64,000 nt of DNA from Candidatus Heimdallarchaeota archaeon (GCA_030603365.1 JAUVXV010000004.1:192001-256000); one strand, 5' to 3'; shown: positions 49,157 through 60,580, counted from the stretch's first letter. Notes: generated by a model not told the origin, from the sequence alone. Numbers and translations are program-made.

Positions 49157-49417
49157 TTATTCCACAAAAATCTTTTCACAACATTTCACAAAAGAATAAG
49201 GCATTTTTCTCTTTTCAGTATCTATCTCCCACATATAGCTGACATATTCTTGTAGTTCCTTTGGTAATAGTTTGAAAAGAGGAGCTAGTAGAGAATAACC
49301 TATTTTTCTTTGTATAATATCATCTGCCTCTAGAAAAACTACAGCATATTTGTAACAGGGAAATTTATCCTTGATTTCTTCTGATTCTAATATCTGCTTA
49401 GAAGCTTCTTCTTTCAT
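49157..49417 (-). CDS. Small hypothetical helical (HEAT-like) protein
   Basis: 86-aa ORF with upstream TATA-like TTTAAATA. Confidence 0.5.
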   Translation of the reverse strand: MKEEASKQILESEEIKDKFPCYKYAVVFLEADDIIQRKIGYSLLAPLFKLLPKELQEYVSYMWEIDTEKRKMPYSFVKCCEKIFVE

Positions 49418-49479
49418 CTACTATTAAATCTTAAAAATAGTATTTAAAGACAAAAGAAGTTAATCAGATTATCTAAAGA

Positions 49480-50316
49480 TCAAACATCTTCCTTCATTTT
49501 TTTCATCATAACCCATAAATGGTGATGAAGCCTATACCCTCTTTTATCACAGAATTCAGATAAACCCTTGTTCCTGTCAAATGTGATCCGCAGATAATCT
49601 TTCGTTTTATATTCGTTTAGTCCAACGATGAAATCATCTAAGTATTCAATATCTGTAATCTCAAAAGGCCTACAACCCGGAAATTCAGGATTAAATCTAC
49701 CATATACCATTAATCCATTTACTGTAAATAATCCAAGTGGGATAGATTCTCCACCACTCAATCCTTTTGTCTTAGGTCTGCTTAGATGAACTCTAAGCTC
49801 TTTACAATTGATGTCTGGAAAAGCTTTGACCATTGTATCAAAGTCCTCAGGAGTTAAGATTCGAATTTCTAGTTTTTCTTTATTTTGATAATTCTCTAGT
49901 ATATTTCCAAACTGTTCTTCATTTATCCAATAGTGCCAAGATTCGAATTGTTTTTCAAATCCATACTTTTTGTAGAGAGAAATAGCTGTATTGTTTTTTG
50001 TTTCAACATATAATCCAATGTTTACAACGTCTTTCTCGCTATAATACTTGATTGCATGTTCCATAAGATTATTTCCATAACCTTTGCCTCTTTCTGATTT
50101 TTCAACTGCTATTTGCCCCAGATGACCATATTCATCCATAAGTAACAATCTTAGATATCCAATCAATTTTCCATCTTTGAATGCACCAATTAAACCTTCG
50201 TCATCAAGTAACTGTAAGAAATTTTCTTTCTGAATATTCTCTCTAGCAAATGCTTCCATAGCTATCTCTTCAAAACTATTCCAATCCTTATCAGTAAACT
50301 TTCGGAAATTCAACAT
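49480..50316 (-). CDS. GNAT acetyltransferase (two-domain)
   Basis: IAVEKSERGKGYG, NNTAISLYKKYGF. Confidence 0.88.
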   Translation of the reverse strand: MLNFRKFTDKDWNSFEEIAMEAFARENIQKENFLQLLDDEGLIGAFKDGKLIGYLRLLLMDEYGHLGQIAVEKSERGKGYGNNLMEHAIKYYSEKDVVNIGLYVETKNNTAISLYKKYGFEKQFESWHYWINEEQFGNILENYQNKEKLEIRILTPEDFDTMVKAFPDINCKELRVHLSRPKTKGLSGGESIPLGLFTVNGLMVYGRFNPEFPGCRPFEITDIEYLDDFIVGLNEYKTKDYLRITFDRNKGLSEFCDKRGYRLHHHLWVMMKKMKEDV

Positions 50317-50367
50317 AACTTCAACATATAACTAGAAATAAAATAGATTTTGATTTTGAACAGAAGT

Positions 50368-50685
50368 TTATTTCATCTCAAAATCTGTAGCAAATTCAAT
50401 TTCATCATCAGTTACTTCAACCACCATATGGTGTAGTTGTTTATATAATTCAAAATATTGATATCCCCTGTTCGTACCAAGATATAATATGTTCGGACGT
50501 TTCTTAGGGTTTTCTTGTTTTAATATCAACCCTCTAGCTACCATAAATTCAACTAACCCTTTGGCTCGATCAATAGGTAGGTTTGCCCTTCTGGCAATTT
50601 GAGATATGCCTGCCTCACCATAAAATTGCACAACAGAAATTATATCTGCATAGATATCATATCTTGACCTATTAACAGCTGGCAT
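50368..50685 (-). CDS. Archaeal winged-helix DNA-binding protein
   Basis: RSRYDIYADII...ISQIARRANL...LVEFMVARGLI...TNRG. Confidence 0.8.
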   Translation of the reverse strand: MPAVNRSRYDIYADIISVVQFYGEAGISQIARRANLPIDRAKGLVEFMVARGLILKQENPKKRPNILYLGTNRGYQYFELYKQLHHMVVEVTDDEIEFATDFEMK

Positions 50686-50721
50686 TTTGATGACCTATAT
50701 TGTTTAGAAAAAAGGGGAATA

Positions 50722-50748
50722 TTAAGTCTCCGATTTTCAGAGACTTAA
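50722..50748 (-). terminator. 9-bp inverted repeat followed by a pyrimidine tract on the minus strand (terminator or operator)
   Basis: TTAAGTCTC-N9-GAGACTTAA just downstream of the bactofilin-like gene. Confidence 0.45.
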
Positions 50749-50764
50749 ATTGTTGCTTCTCCTC

Positions 50765-51961
50765 TTAAGCAGTATTGAATTTTGCTGAAGAATCAGCATC
50801 AATATTTGCAGATTTTACTGTAGTAATTTTAGCTCCAGCTTCAATCCTCACTTTATCAGCAACTACATGGTCAACTCTTGCATTTTCTTCGATGGTAACT
50901 TCTCCACCTATTAATTTTCCTCGAACTCGGGAATTCTCCTTAATTAGGATTGTTTCTCCCTTTGTCTCGGTACATTCAAGACCACCAGCAATTTCGATTT
51001 CTTTAGCTTGTATCAGATCTCCACTCAATTTACCATTTACAATTAATGCTTCATGTATTTTTAATGAGTCACTGGAAGCACAAGCGCCATTAACATGAAG
51101 ATTGTCACCTATAGCATTGCTTCCAAAAGTGAATGCTCCATTAACATGGATGGTTTTAAACAGGAAGTTATCTCCAACTTTGGTAGCACCGTTTGCTTCC
51201 AACTTATCAATTTTGGAATCATCTCCGAAAACACAAGATCCTCCACAATTAACTACGTTTGCAGAAAAACTCTCACTACATTTGAATGAACCACCAACTT
51301 TCAAGGCTTTTTGGATTTGACCAAATTCAATTTTTGCAGATCCTCCAATACCAATTTCCTCACATTTTATTTCATTGCATTTTAAGGAGCCCCCAACACT
51401 GATCTCTTGAGCTTCTAAATCTCCTTCAATTTTTGCAGAACCCGATATTTCAAAATCGGAGCTGGAAGTAACATCTCCCTCAACTTTCAGAGAACCACTT
51501 ACTTCAATATCGGTAGCAGTTAAATTCATGCCATGTTTGGCAGATCCACTTAAGTCATAGTCCTTAACATTTGTTTCTCCATGCACAATACAACTACCAC
51601 TAATTTCAACATCTCCAGCTGTAAGGTCTTTGTCTACTTCTAAGCCACCATCGATGTCTATCTCTTCACATCTTAATGAGCCTGTAATTATCAGTTTTGA
51701 TCCATTGCTTGATCTTCTACTTGAAACACGTACATGTGATGCTTCAACATCACCGCCTATCTCAAGATATCCCCAGTCATGTTTGATATTATCAACCTTA
51801 ACTGAGCCATTAATTATAATATCTCCCTTACTAATAAGATCTCCAGAAATTACTAGGGTACCAGTAGGAACAGTTATTGTTGCTCCATCTCCAACCTTTA
51901 GATTTCCATCAACCTTTGAAAGTTCGACGTTTTCATCTTCTTTTACGAGTATATCACCCAT
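50765..51961 (-). CDS. Long bactofilin-like beta-helix repeat protein
   Basis: Many ~15-16 aa repeats of type L(T/E)AxDIE(V/I)SGSxK(V/I)EGD; acidic; no signal peptide. Confidence 0.7.
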   Translation of the reverse strand: MGDILVKEDENVELSKVDGNLKVGDGATITVPTGTLVISGDLISKGDIIINGSVKVDNIKHDWGYLEIGGDVEASHVRVSSRRSSNGSKLIITGSLRCEEIDIDGGLEVDKDLTAGDVEISGSCIVHGETNVKDYDLSGSAKHGMNLTATDIEVSGSLKVEGDVTSSSDFEISGSAKIEGDLEAQEISVGGSLKCNEIKCEEIGIGGSAKIEFGQIQKALKVGGSFKCSESFSANVVNCGGSCVFGDDSKIDKLEANGATKVGDNFLFKTIHVNGAFTFGSNAIGDNLHVNGACASSDSLKIHEALIVNGKLSGDLIQAKEIEIAGGLECTETKGETILIKENSRVRGKLIGGEVTIEENARVDHVVADKVRIEAGAKITTVKSANIDADSSAKFNTA

Positions 51962-52028
51962 TTACTTCACCAATTTATTGTTCTATCTTCTCCTTCTCCT
52001 CCATATATAAAAAGAAAAAACACAAGTT

Positions 52029-52054
52029 GTGACCAAAAGGTGTACCTTTGTCAC
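52029..52054. promoter_or_regulatory. Imperfect inverted repeat in a divergent promoter (candidate operator)
   Basis: GTGAC-ca-AAAGG-tgta-CCTTT-GTCAC. Confidence 0.35.
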
Positions 52055-52099
52055 TAGTCATATAGTAAATCTTTTCAAATTTCATGAAGACTTTAACCT

Positions 52100-53920
52100 A
52101 TGTCGGCAGAGCTAATTGAGAAAATTGCTCGCATTCCCCAATTCTACCTGACCAGCTTAAATCATTCTAAAGACAAAATTGCGTTTTACTGGGATATAAC
52201 TGGTAGAGTTGAATTATATGTGATGGATCTCAAAACTAAGAAATATGATCAAATCAGTCACGGTGAGGTGCCAAGAGCTTTGAGAGCTGGTTTTGTCTGG
52301 ACACGTGATAATAAGAATATAATATTTGCAAAAGACAAAGATGGAAACGAGCAACACGATCTCTATATTATGAATTTAGAAACAAAAAAAGCAGAACAAA
52401 TAACTGAAACCCCAAATTTCCAAGAACATGTTGCTCATACAAGCCCTGATGGTAAAGAACTTCTATTTACTTCAACCAGAAACGGCCAAAGGAATATATT
52501 TAGTTATAACTTCAAGAGTAAAGAAATTCAAGAATTAACAAACTACAAACGACCGGTTCTTGGAGCAGTTTGGAGCCCCGCTAATGATTATATTGTTTTT
52601 GGGTATAATGACTCTGAAAATCTCCAAAATGGGGATATTTGGATTATGAACACAGATGGGTCAAATCAAAGAAAATTATTGAGTTTTAAGGATGGCTCTC
52701 AAGATGGAGTTACAGATATTTCAAAAGATGGAAAAATACTTGCTATAACCTCTGATTTCGATGGTAATTCAAGAGCTGGGGTTTATAATTTTGAAATTGA
52801 TGAGGTAAAATGGTTCGGAGATGGTTCATCAGAAGAGTATTCAGGTAAACTTTCCGAGGATGGGAAATTTCTAGTTTGTGCTAGGAATTCAAATGCAGCT
52901 GTATACCCTATGATCTATGATATTAAAACAGGTAAGGAAAGAAAACTTGATTTTCCACCAGGAGTTGTAGCAGGCACAGCAATTACAAAAAACGATGAAT
53001 TCTTGATTGTAACCTTGAATTCTTCTACAAGTCCAAGCAAATTAATTAAATATGATTTAAATAAAAATGCTATTGACGAACTTATTCCTGCTGAACTTGG
53101 TGAGTTAAGTCCAGATTTCTTTGTTGATGATGATTATGTAGAATATCCTTCCACTAATAATCTCACAATTGGTGCTATTTTGTATAAACCCAAGAACATA
53201 GAGCAAGGAAAGAAATTGCCAGCTCTTGTTCAAGTACATGGTGGTCCCACAGGTCAATATTTCAGAAATTTCAGTATGTTTGACCAAATTTTAGTAAATA
53301 ATGGATTTGTGGTTCTTAAGCCAAATTTCAGAGGTTCAACCGGATATGGGAGAGAGTTTCAAGATATGAACATTGAAGATATTGGTGGTGGAGACCTAGA
53401 TGACATAGTTGCTGGTGTCGAATATCTGAAAACTCTCGATTGTGTAGATCAGAACCGAATTGGGATTTTTGGAGGTTCATATGGTGGGTATATGACATTC
53501 TGGGCAACAGTTAAAAGACCGGAACTATGGAAAGCAGGTGCTGCAAGTGTAGGAATAACAGACTGGAAGTTATTATACGAAGAAAGCATGCCACACTTTA
53601 AACATTATCTCCATATGATGTTTGGCAAACCTGAAGAAAAGGAAGATTTGTATAATGAAAGATCACCAATAAATTTCGTAGAGAATCTAGATACTGCTCT
53701 ATTGATAGTTCATGGAGCCCATGATCCTAGATGTCCAATTACTCAAGCAAGAATATACAGAGATAAACTGCTGGAACTAGGTTGGAAAGAAGGTACTGAA
53801 GGAGAAAAAACCTTTGAGTATATCGAGCATACTGACATAGGTCATGGTGGATTCACAGATCAAACTTTTCGTATTAGATCCTTTAAAACCATTTTGGATT
53901 TCTTCAAAAGACGTCTTTAG
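52100..53920 (+). CDS. S9 family peptidase (acylaminoacyl-peptidase-like)
   Basis: Beta-propeller repeats; VHGGP, NFRGSTGYG, GGSYGG, HDPRC, GHG. Confidence 0.93.
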   Translation: MSAELIEKIARIPQFYLTSLNHSKDKIAFYWDITGRVELYVMDLKTKKYDQISHGEVPRALRAGFVWTRDNKNIIFAKDKDGNEQHDLYIMNLETKKAEQITETPNFQEHVAHTSPDGKELLFTSTRNGQRNIFSYNFKSKEIQELTNYKRPVLGAVWSPANDYIVFGYNDSENLQNGDIWIMNTDGSNQRKLLSFKDGSQDGVTDISKDGKILAITSDFDGNSRAGVYNFEIDEVKWFGDGSSEEYSGKLSEDGKFLVCARNSNAAVYPMIYDIKTGKERKLDFPPGVVAGTAITKNDEFLIVTLNSSTSPSKLIKYDLNKNAIDELIPAELGELSPDFFVDDDYVEYPSTNNLTIGAILYKPKNIEQGKKLPALVQVHGGPTGQYFRNFSMFDQILVNNGFVVLKPNFRGSTGYGREFQDMNIEDIGGGDLDDIVAGVEYLKTLDCVDQNRIGIFGGSYGGYMTFWATVKRPELWKAGAASVGITDWKLLYEESMPHFKHYLHMMFGKPEEKEDLYNERSPINFVENLDTALLIVHGAHDPRCPITQARIYRDKLLELGWKEGTEGEKTFEYIEHTDIGHGGFTDQTFRIRSFKTILDFFKRRL

Positions 53921-53922
53921 TT

Positions 53923-53944
53923 GGGGTGCTACCCCTTTATTTTT
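53923..53944 (+). terminator. GC hairpin plus T tract
   Basis: GGGGT-GCT-ACCCC-TTTATTTTT directly after the peptidase stop codon. Confidence 0.6.
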
Positions 53945-55762
53945 CTAATCTGTTTGGGTTGTGAGAGAATCTGTTCTTGTCTTGACAATCCTTTCTTCCC
54001 ACAACCTTCTCATTTCTGTACTGATTTCTAGTAGGTCATCGAGCTTACCTTGAGCTTCTATTCTCCCATCCTTTAGTACAATAACATTATCTGCTCTTCG
54101 CAAAGCAATGGGTCGATGAGATACTGCTAAACAAGTTGATGTTCCACTTCTTTCAAACACTCTTTTCCATAACTTTTGCTCGGTTTCAACATCTAGAGCA
54201 CTTGATAAATCATCAAAAATGAAAATCTCTGATTCATGAGCAAACATTCTTGCAGCTGCCAACCTTTGCCTCTGACCACCTGATAATTTAACACCCTTTG
54301 GTCCGATTATAGTATCCAACCCCTTCTCGAATTCTCCAACTTCTTCTTCAATTACAGCAAGTCTCAAGGCTTCTTCAATATCCACAGATTCTTCAGGTAA
54401 TCCCATAAGAATATTTTCTTTGACTGTTTCACTAAAAAGTCTAGGAACTTGGGAAGTGTAAGCTGTTATTGGAGGTACAAAGAATTCTGCTGGATCTTCA
54501 ATACTCTCACCATTCCACAATAATTTCCCTTCATCCTTGGGTAGCAAACCCAGTAATGTTCTTAGAAGTGTTGTTTTACCTGAACCAATTCTACCAGTAA
54601 TTACAGTAAATGATCCTTTTGCTATTGAAAAATTAACATCTGTGATCCCCTTATTAGAATCTTTATATGAATAGGATAGGTTTCTGATGTCAAAGTTCAC
54701 AAGCTTTTTTGAATCTTCGATTTTCAATGCAGGAATTGGTGGAAATGGTTCTTTGATATAGATGGGTCCATGTCTTACCAATTCAAACTCTGTAACTTCG
54801 ATATCTTCTCTCTTTATTAGTTTGAACATCCTTTCAAGTGAAACTTTTGTACGAATGTATCTTGGAACTAAATCTCCCATGTTCCAGATAAATTCTCCTA
54901 GTTCACCTAATAAGCTAACAAAAAAGGCTAGTTCTCCTACAGAGAATAAATTACCTTGCATATTGTTTCCAACAAGTAATAGAACAGTACCTATTCCTAA
55001 ATAGATGGTAACACGGTAAATAGAATGAAGTAATTGATGGAAAAACTCGTCCTTTACTTCTGCTATTCGTCTTTTACGATTGATTTCTCCAAAATAATCG
55101 AGCACATAATCTTCAGCTACTGCAACTTTGATTGATTGAACAGACCTGAAGATTTCTCCAATTGTTCGAGTTACTGCTCCTGCGGCTTTTCTGCGGTTTT
55201 TTCTTAGTCTGGTAAAAACCGGTCTAGTGAAAAACACCATTATCATCATAAACAGAAATGGAATACTCACGAATACTGTTACTTTCCAATTAATATTGCT
55301 CATTAAATAAAAGGAAATAGCAGTAAATATTCCCAGACTAAAGAAGGCAGTAAGATGGTAAGTAAACCACATAAACTCTTCCGTATCTCCTCTAAACCTA
55401 GAGATTGCTTCTCCTGGAGAGTCAGGAAGTGCAACTGCACCAGGTTTTTTGAAAATGCCTATTAACATGTTTTTTCGAAGTAAAACTCTACTGACCAGAG
55501 CAAAAACCCACATTGTAAAAACAAAAACAAAATCTCCAATGAGTCGCATACTGAGTGTAAGTGGAAGTATTAGAAGTACAAGAACCCAGATATTTACGTC
55601 TATTTGCCATCCAGGAAAATCTTGGAGTTTGTTGAATATTTCCATTATAATAATACTGGCTGCTAAAGGTTGTAGAAAGAATAATATATCTGAGAGGAAC
55701 CCAACAAATACCAATCCTGGCCTATATCTTATCATTCTCCAAGATAGTTTTAGCACTTTCAT
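53945..55762 (-). CDS. ABC exporter subunit (TMD+NBD), degenerate Walker B
   Basis: [22 protein letters not shown]. Confidence 0.92.
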   Translation of the reverse strand: MKVLKLSWRMIRYRPGLVFVGFLSDILFFLQPLAASIIIMEIFNKLQDFPGWQIDVNIWVLVLLILPLTLSMRLIGDFVFVFTMWVFALVSRVLLRKNMLIGIFKKPGAVALPDSPGEAISRFRGDTEEFMWFTYHLTAFFSLGIFTAISFYLMSNINWKVTVFVSIPFLFMMIMVFFTRPVFTRLRKNRRKAAGAVTRTIGEIFRSVQSIKVAVAEDYVLDYFGEINRKRRIAEVKDEFFHQLLHSIYRVTIYLGIGTVLLLVGNNMQGNLFSVGELAFFVSLLGELGEFIWNMGDLVPRYIRTKVSLERMFKLIKREDIEVTEFELVRHGPIYIKEPFPPIPALKIEDSKKLVNFDIRNLSYSYKDSNKGITDVNFSIAKGSFTVITGRIGSGKTTLLRTLLGLLPKDEGKLLWNGESIEDPAEFFVPPITAYTSQVPRLFSETVKENILMGLPEESVDIEEALRLAVIEEEVGEFEKGLDTIIGPKGVKLSGGQRQRLAAARMFAHESEIFIFDDLSSALDVETEQKLWKRVFERSGTSTCLAVSHRPIALRRADNVIVLKDGRIEAQGKLDDLLEISTEMRRLWEERIVKTRTDSLTTQTD

Positions 55763-57576
55763 TTCAACAACTCCTCAATTTCACCTGTTTGTAATAACTG
55801 ATAGAACTTTGATTGTGGATTTTGGGCTAATTCTTCTCTCCTCCCGTATTCAATGGTTTTTCCTTTATCTATTATCAAAACATCATCAACTCTTTCAAGA
55901 GTTGCTAGTCGATGAGCAATTACTATCCCTGTTCTGTTAATTAGTAGTTTTTCAATTGCTAGATCAAGTAAGTTTTCAGTTGCTGGATCCAATCTTGATG
56001 ATGCTTCATCCAAAACAACTAAATTAGGACTCTTAATGAATACTCGAGCAAGAGCTAATAATTGAGCTTCACCAGCTGAAATACCGTGTTCACTTGACGA
56101 GATGATTGTATCTAGTCCTTCTGGAAGTTTTTCTAACCAATCCCCTAAACCAATATCAAGAAGAATTGATTCAATTCGAATGTCTGGTATCCTTTTATCA
56201 AATAGGGTTACATTATCTCTCACTGAAGCTTGAAATAGTTCCACATTTTGTGTTACATATGAGATTTTGTCTCTTAAGTCTAGAAGGGATAGATCTGTAA
56301 TATTTGTGTCATTCACTCTAATGGTACCATCGTTCTGTTTCGCATCATATAATCTGAAAATCAATCTAGATATGGTTGTTTTCCCACTTCCAGTGTGACC
56401 TACAATCCCTAAAGTTTGTCCTGGTTCAAGTTTGAAAGAAATATTGTTAAGCACATAATCGTCTTCATTGTAAGCGAAGCTTAATTTGTTAAATTCAATG
56501 TTAAGAGGACCAGGGGATAATTTTTCCAAACCTGTATCATGAATTTTAGTTTCTATCTCAAAAAGCTTGTTTATCCGATCAATTGATGCTCCTGCTATTT
56601 GAAGATCTTGCATTTGTCTTGTAATGACAAATATTGGTCGCAACAATATTCCAGCAAACATTTGAATTAGAAATACAGTAGGTAAATCTATCACACCGTT
56701 TCTAACTAAGGGAATGCTGGGTGCAAAAATCAATGTATTAATAATCGCAATAACTCCCCAAATTGCCATCACAAAAACTTGTCCTCTTACTAATGCTCTT
56801 TTAAAGGCTTTGAAGTCCTTTCTTGAAGCATCAAAGAATTTTCGCATAGAATTCTTGATTCCTCTATTTGCACGGATATCCTCAATTGCACTCAAACTTT
56901 CTTCTATTGTTCCATACAAATCTGCACTGGTTTGTCTTTGTTTTTCCCATGCTTTAACAGAGAAGTTTCTAAGAATATACATTATTATTATTGCTAAAAA
57001 TGTAAAAGCAGTAAATGATAAACCTATTATCCAATGTTTTGAGAACAACAAAGCTAAAGATCCGGTTATTATAAGTAATGAAGTTACTAATTGAACAGAG
57101 AATTGTGATAAGAATGTAGCTAAAGTATTTACATCTCCATCAATTCTCTCAATCATTTCTCCTGGTTTATGTTCATTATGAAATGTCATGTCCAAATTAA
57201 TACAGTGCTTAGTCAAGTCGAATCTTAACATATTTGTTGATGACCAAGATAGAGTTTGACTCAAGTATACTGAGCCTAAAGTAATTATTTGTTGGATAAC
57301 CATCAAAACAGTGAATATTGCCGCTAATAAGAGGAGTGTTTGATAGATATTACCAATGTCCAGTACTAGAATCGACTGTGACTCCCAATATATATTTGGA
57401 TCTTGTAAAGGATGGCCATTTGTTGCTAGAAATATGAATCTTTCAATGAGTAAAGGGGAAAGAATTAGTAAAACAGTTCCACTACCCAATAGGAGAGCTA
57501 ACAATAACACTCTTTTCTTGAAAGGTGCGAGGTACTTTTTCTGTACATCCCAATATTTCTGTAGTGGAATTTTCAT
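55759..57576 (-). CDS. ABC exporter subunit (TMD+NBD), heterodimer partner
   Basis: GHTGSGKT, degenerate ISAGE signature, VVLDE, AHR; ATGA overlap with partner. Confidence 0.92.
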   Translation of the reverse strand: MKIPLQKYWDVQKKYLAPFKKRVLLLALLLGSGTVLLILSPLLIERFIFLATNGHPLQDPNIYWESQSILVLDIGNIYQTLLLLAAIFTVLMVIQQIITLGSVYLSQTLSWSSTNMLRFDLTKHCINLDMTFHNEHKPGEMIERIDGDVNTLATFLSQFSVQLVTSLLIITGSLALLFSKHWIIGLSFTAFTFLAIIIMYILRNFSVKAWEKQRQTSADLYGTIEESLSAIEDIRANRGIKNSMRKFFDASRKDFKAFKRALVRGQVFVMAIWGVIAIINTLIFAPSIPLVRNGVIDLPTVFLIQMFAGILLRPIFVITRQMQDLQIAGASIDRINKLFEIETKIHDTGLEKLSPGPLNIEFNKLSFAYNEDDYVLNNISFKLEPGQTLGIVGHTGSGKTTISRLIFRLYDAKQNDGTIRVNDTNITDLSLLDLRDKISYVTQNVELFQASVRDNVTLFDKRIPDIRIESILLDIGLGDWLEKLPEGLDTIISSSEHGISAGEAQLLALARVFIKSPNLVVLDEASSRLDPATENLLDLAIEKLLINRTGIVIAHRLATLERVDDVLIIDKGKTIEYGRREELAQNPQSKFYQLLQTGEIEELLK

Positions 57577-57649
57577 TATTACGGGTACTTCTGCCTTAAT
57601 GCATTTATAAATTTAAGTTTAAACGATTGTGCCCACAAAATTTGAAAGT

Positions 57650-58384
57650 TTATGAAATTTCACTAGTCTCTCCTTCTGGTAATCTTGGTCTAAGTGTGAG
57701 ATAGATTAATCCTCCTATTAAAGGGATACAGAATAATATAAACAAGATATTATTTTTCCAGTTTCTTCTCTTCATGTCATCCCAAATTACGATGGGATAA
57801 AACAAACAAAGAAGTGAGAAGTCGATTGTCATTACATGAACAAAACTACTTTCCATAAACAAAGTACTATAATTAGCCCAATCACCAATTAGGCTTCCCG
57901 CTATGATTCCATACAACGCTAATCCTAAAGTTAAAGCTGCTAGAATGATACCAAGAATACGAGAATCCATAATTTTTGTAAACCAAGTTTTTTTTGTTTT
58001 AGGATTCTCTTTCCATACACCTCTTAAGGCAAAATATGGCATCAAAACATACATCCCCAAACCAAAGGCAGCTAAAACAAAAATCCAAGCAGGAATGAAT
58101 CTCTCTCTACTTTCTATGAAGAGTATAGCGGCATATAACAGAGCCATTGCTCCAACAAGGTTAAACAAGCTCCAAGATACTGGTCCGACTACACTGATTT
58201 TGAAATCACCAAAGGAAAGACCTCGTTGATCTTCTGGTGCCCAAACGAATGAATACAGGAGGAAAAAAGTCCAGATAACGAGAAACAGTAAGTTAAAACT
58301 AAGAAATTCCTTCCAAGGTATTTTTATTTCTTTGATTGAAGCCAAGATTCCACTTTGTTTTTTTTCAGATTCATTATTTTCCAT
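57650..58384 (-). CDS. Integral membrane protein (DUF2834-like)
   Basis: Multiple TM; LMPYFALR, FVHVMTIDF, DDMKRR, YLTLRP. Confidence 0.6.
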   Translation of the reverse strand: MENNESEKKQSGILASIKEIKIPWKEFLSFNLLFLVIWTFFLLYSFVWAPEDQRGLSFGDFKISVVGPVSWSLFNLVGAMALLYAAILFIESRERFIPAWIFVLAAFGLGMYVLMPYFALRGVWKENPKTKKTWFTKIMDSRILGIILAALTLGLALYGIIAGSLIGDWANYSTLFMESSFVHVMTIDFSLLCLFYPIVIWDDMKRRNWKNNILFILFCIPLIGGLIYLTLRPRLPEGETSEIS

Positions 58385-58404
58385 TTGTTCTCACGCCTTT
58401 GTTT

Positions 58405-59067
58405 TTATGTGTTAAATGCTCTATCCCCGGCATCACCCAAACCAGGTACAATGTATCCCTTCTCATCAAGTACCTGATCAATATCACCAGCGATAATTAT
58501 CGTTTGAGGATATTTTTCTAAAATTCTATTTATAGCGTATTCTGTAGCAATTGCACACAGTACGATTATACGTAAAGGCTTCTGATTTTTCAATTGCTGT
58601 AGCGTAAATAATAATGTTGAACCACTTGCTAACATTGGATCAACTACAATTGCTATTCTATTTTCAAGATAGGGTACTTTAAAGTAGTCACTATCTATTC
58701 TAAAATCCCTACCATTTTCTTGAATCATTTTACCTCGTGCAGCAGATACGATTCCTACTTTTGCATTGGGGATTACTTCTAGAACACCTTCAGACATAGG
58801 TAAAGCTGCTCTAAGGATGGTTATGATTACAATCTCCTCGCTTATAGTTTCATATTCAGCCTCACCCAATGGAGTTTCAGTTTTTACGCTAGATTTTCCA
58901 AAATACTTTGCAGCTTCATAAGTCAAAAAATTACCCAAACGTCGGAGATATTCTCTAAAATCTGCTGGAATTGTTTTTTTATCTCTTAATTTCCCAACAA
59001 TCTCTGAAATGAGAACATTTGCTTCACTTGCATTAATACACATTCCAACTAAAGAAAGAGAGAACAT
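58405..59067 (-). CDS. upp: Uracil phosphoribosyltransferase
   Basis: ILRAALPM, VDPMLASG, YIVPGLGDAGDR. Confidence 0.95.
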   Translation of the reverse strand: MFSLSLVGMCINASEANVLISEIVGKLRDKKTIPADFREYLRRLGNFLTYEAAKYFGKSSVKTETPLGEAEYETISEEIVIITILRAALPMSEGVLEVIPNAKVGIVSAARGKMIQENGRDFRIDSDYFKVPYLENRIAIVVDPMLASGSTLLFTLQQLKNQKPLRIIVLCAIATEYAINRILEKYPQTIIIAGDIDQVLDEKGYIVPGLGDAGDRAFNT

Positions 59068-59168
59068 AATTAAATATGTTATTCACTGCCAAATTTACAA
59101 ACAAGGCAAGCGAAATTGCGCTATCTATTAAATATGGGCAAGATATATGAGTGTCAGTTATAAAAACA

Positions 59169-59455
59169 ATGCATGTTTAAGTCAAGATTTTTCATATTAT
59201 TTTTGTTATGATTATATTTTATTTCTTACTTCCAATTCAGAACAATCTTTCCTCAAACATCACTAAGAATGATATTCAAACTCTAAAAGAAGAAGATTTC
59301 TTTGTGGATATTGTTTTTGTGGGATTTGATGAAGATATAGTCCTGGGAAATAATATCGAGTTTATAATGGGAAGTATTATTTCGGATCCGTTGCTGTAGC
59401 TACTGTGGTATTTATTATGATTAAATTTGTTAAGTTTCCAATAAAGAAGAAGTAA
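59169..59455 (+). pseudogene. Internally deleted remnant of an exported protein with C-terminal TM anchor
   Basis: MHV*VKIFHIIFVMIIFYFLL signal-like start with in-frame stop; VDIVFVGFDED; shifted frame ends YFGSVAVATVVFIMIKFVKFPIKKK*. Confidence 0.5.
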
Positions 59456-59506
59456 ATGCATACCTATATAGAGACAAAAATGATAGATGGATATTAGGTA
59501 ATCAGA

Positions 59507-60580
59507 ATGAAAGATGATTTTGATATCAATAGAATTGAAATAAATCCTGCAGATTTGCTGAATTATTCAAAAGAAGATTGGAGTTTGTATCATGAATTTA
59601 GAAAGAAAAGACACTTTCAGATATATCCAGATGATCCTTTTATAGACAATGATGCTTCTGAAAAATCCTTGAAAATGCAAGTAACTCATCCTGAATTTGT
59701 ACTACACTTTTTTACTGTTATCGATAATTCAACCAAAAAGCTTGTAGGTCAATTTGTCTATGGCGGTTTTCGTGAAACATCTCCATCGTACGAAGGAAAT
59801 AAACATCTCATTCAATTTGATTTAGCCCTTCTACCAGAGTATCGGAAGAAAGGAATAGGAACTTTAGTGCTGAAACAAGTATATGATTTTGCTAAAAAAA
59901 ACAGTTATTCTCTTGTAATTTCAGGTTCTGAAGAAGAAGATGGTAAAGCTTTTCTAAAGGCTATTGGTGCTCAAACAGCTTTATCCGGTGTTGAAAATCG
60001 TTTAAAACTCGATGATGTTGATTGGGTTATGGTTGAAACTTGGGCTAAGGAGGGACCAGAACGTTCTCCCGAGTCAGAACTTAAGCTAGTTGATTCAATA
60101 CCTGACAATATTATAGAAAAATATTGCAATGTTTACACTGAAACCCTTAATCAACAACCCTTAGGAGATTTGGATATAAGCAATATGGTTTACTCTCCAG
60201 AGCTATTTAGAGAAATGGAGAAACGAAGAGCATCGCTAGGAAGAACACATATAACCTATTATACTCAAGAACCAAACGGAGATATTTCTGGTTTAACAGA
60301 GATGCTTTATATTCCAGAAAGAGACCATTTGATTGAACAACTACTTACAGGTGTTCAACAAGAGTACAGAGGTCGTGGTCTTGGGAAGTGGTTAAAAGCT
60401 GAAATGCTTCTAAAAACAAAAGAACAATTTCCGCAAGTAAAAATAATCTCTACAGGAAATGCTACAACCAATAAACCCATGCTTTCTATCAATGATCGAC
60501 TTGGATTTAAGCCACATAAAGAAGGAATAACTGCTCAACTTAAGCTAGAAGATTTAGAAAAATACTTGGCTGGAAAATAA
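59507..60580 (+). CDS. Tandem GNAT acetyltransferase
   Basis: LLPEYRKKGIG and TGVQQEYRGRGLGKWLK...NKPMLSINDRLGF. Confidence 0.9.
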   Translation: MKDDFDINRIEINPADLLNYSKEDWSLYHEFRKKRHFQIYPDDPFIDNDASEKSLKMQVTHPEFVLHFFTVIDNSTKKLVGQFVYGGFRETSPSYEGNKHLIQFDLALLPEYRKKGIGTLVLKQVYDFAKKNSYSLVISGSEEEDGKAFLKAIGAQTALSGVENRLKLDDVDWVMVETWAKEGPERSPESELKLVDSIPDNIIEKYCNVYTETLNQQPLGDLDISNMVYSPELFREMEKRRASLGRTHITYYTQEPNGDISGLTEMLYIPERDHLIEQLLTGVQQEYRGRGLGKWLKAEMLLKTKEQFPQVKIISTGNATTNKPMLSINDRLGFKPHKEGITAQLKLEDLEKYLAGK

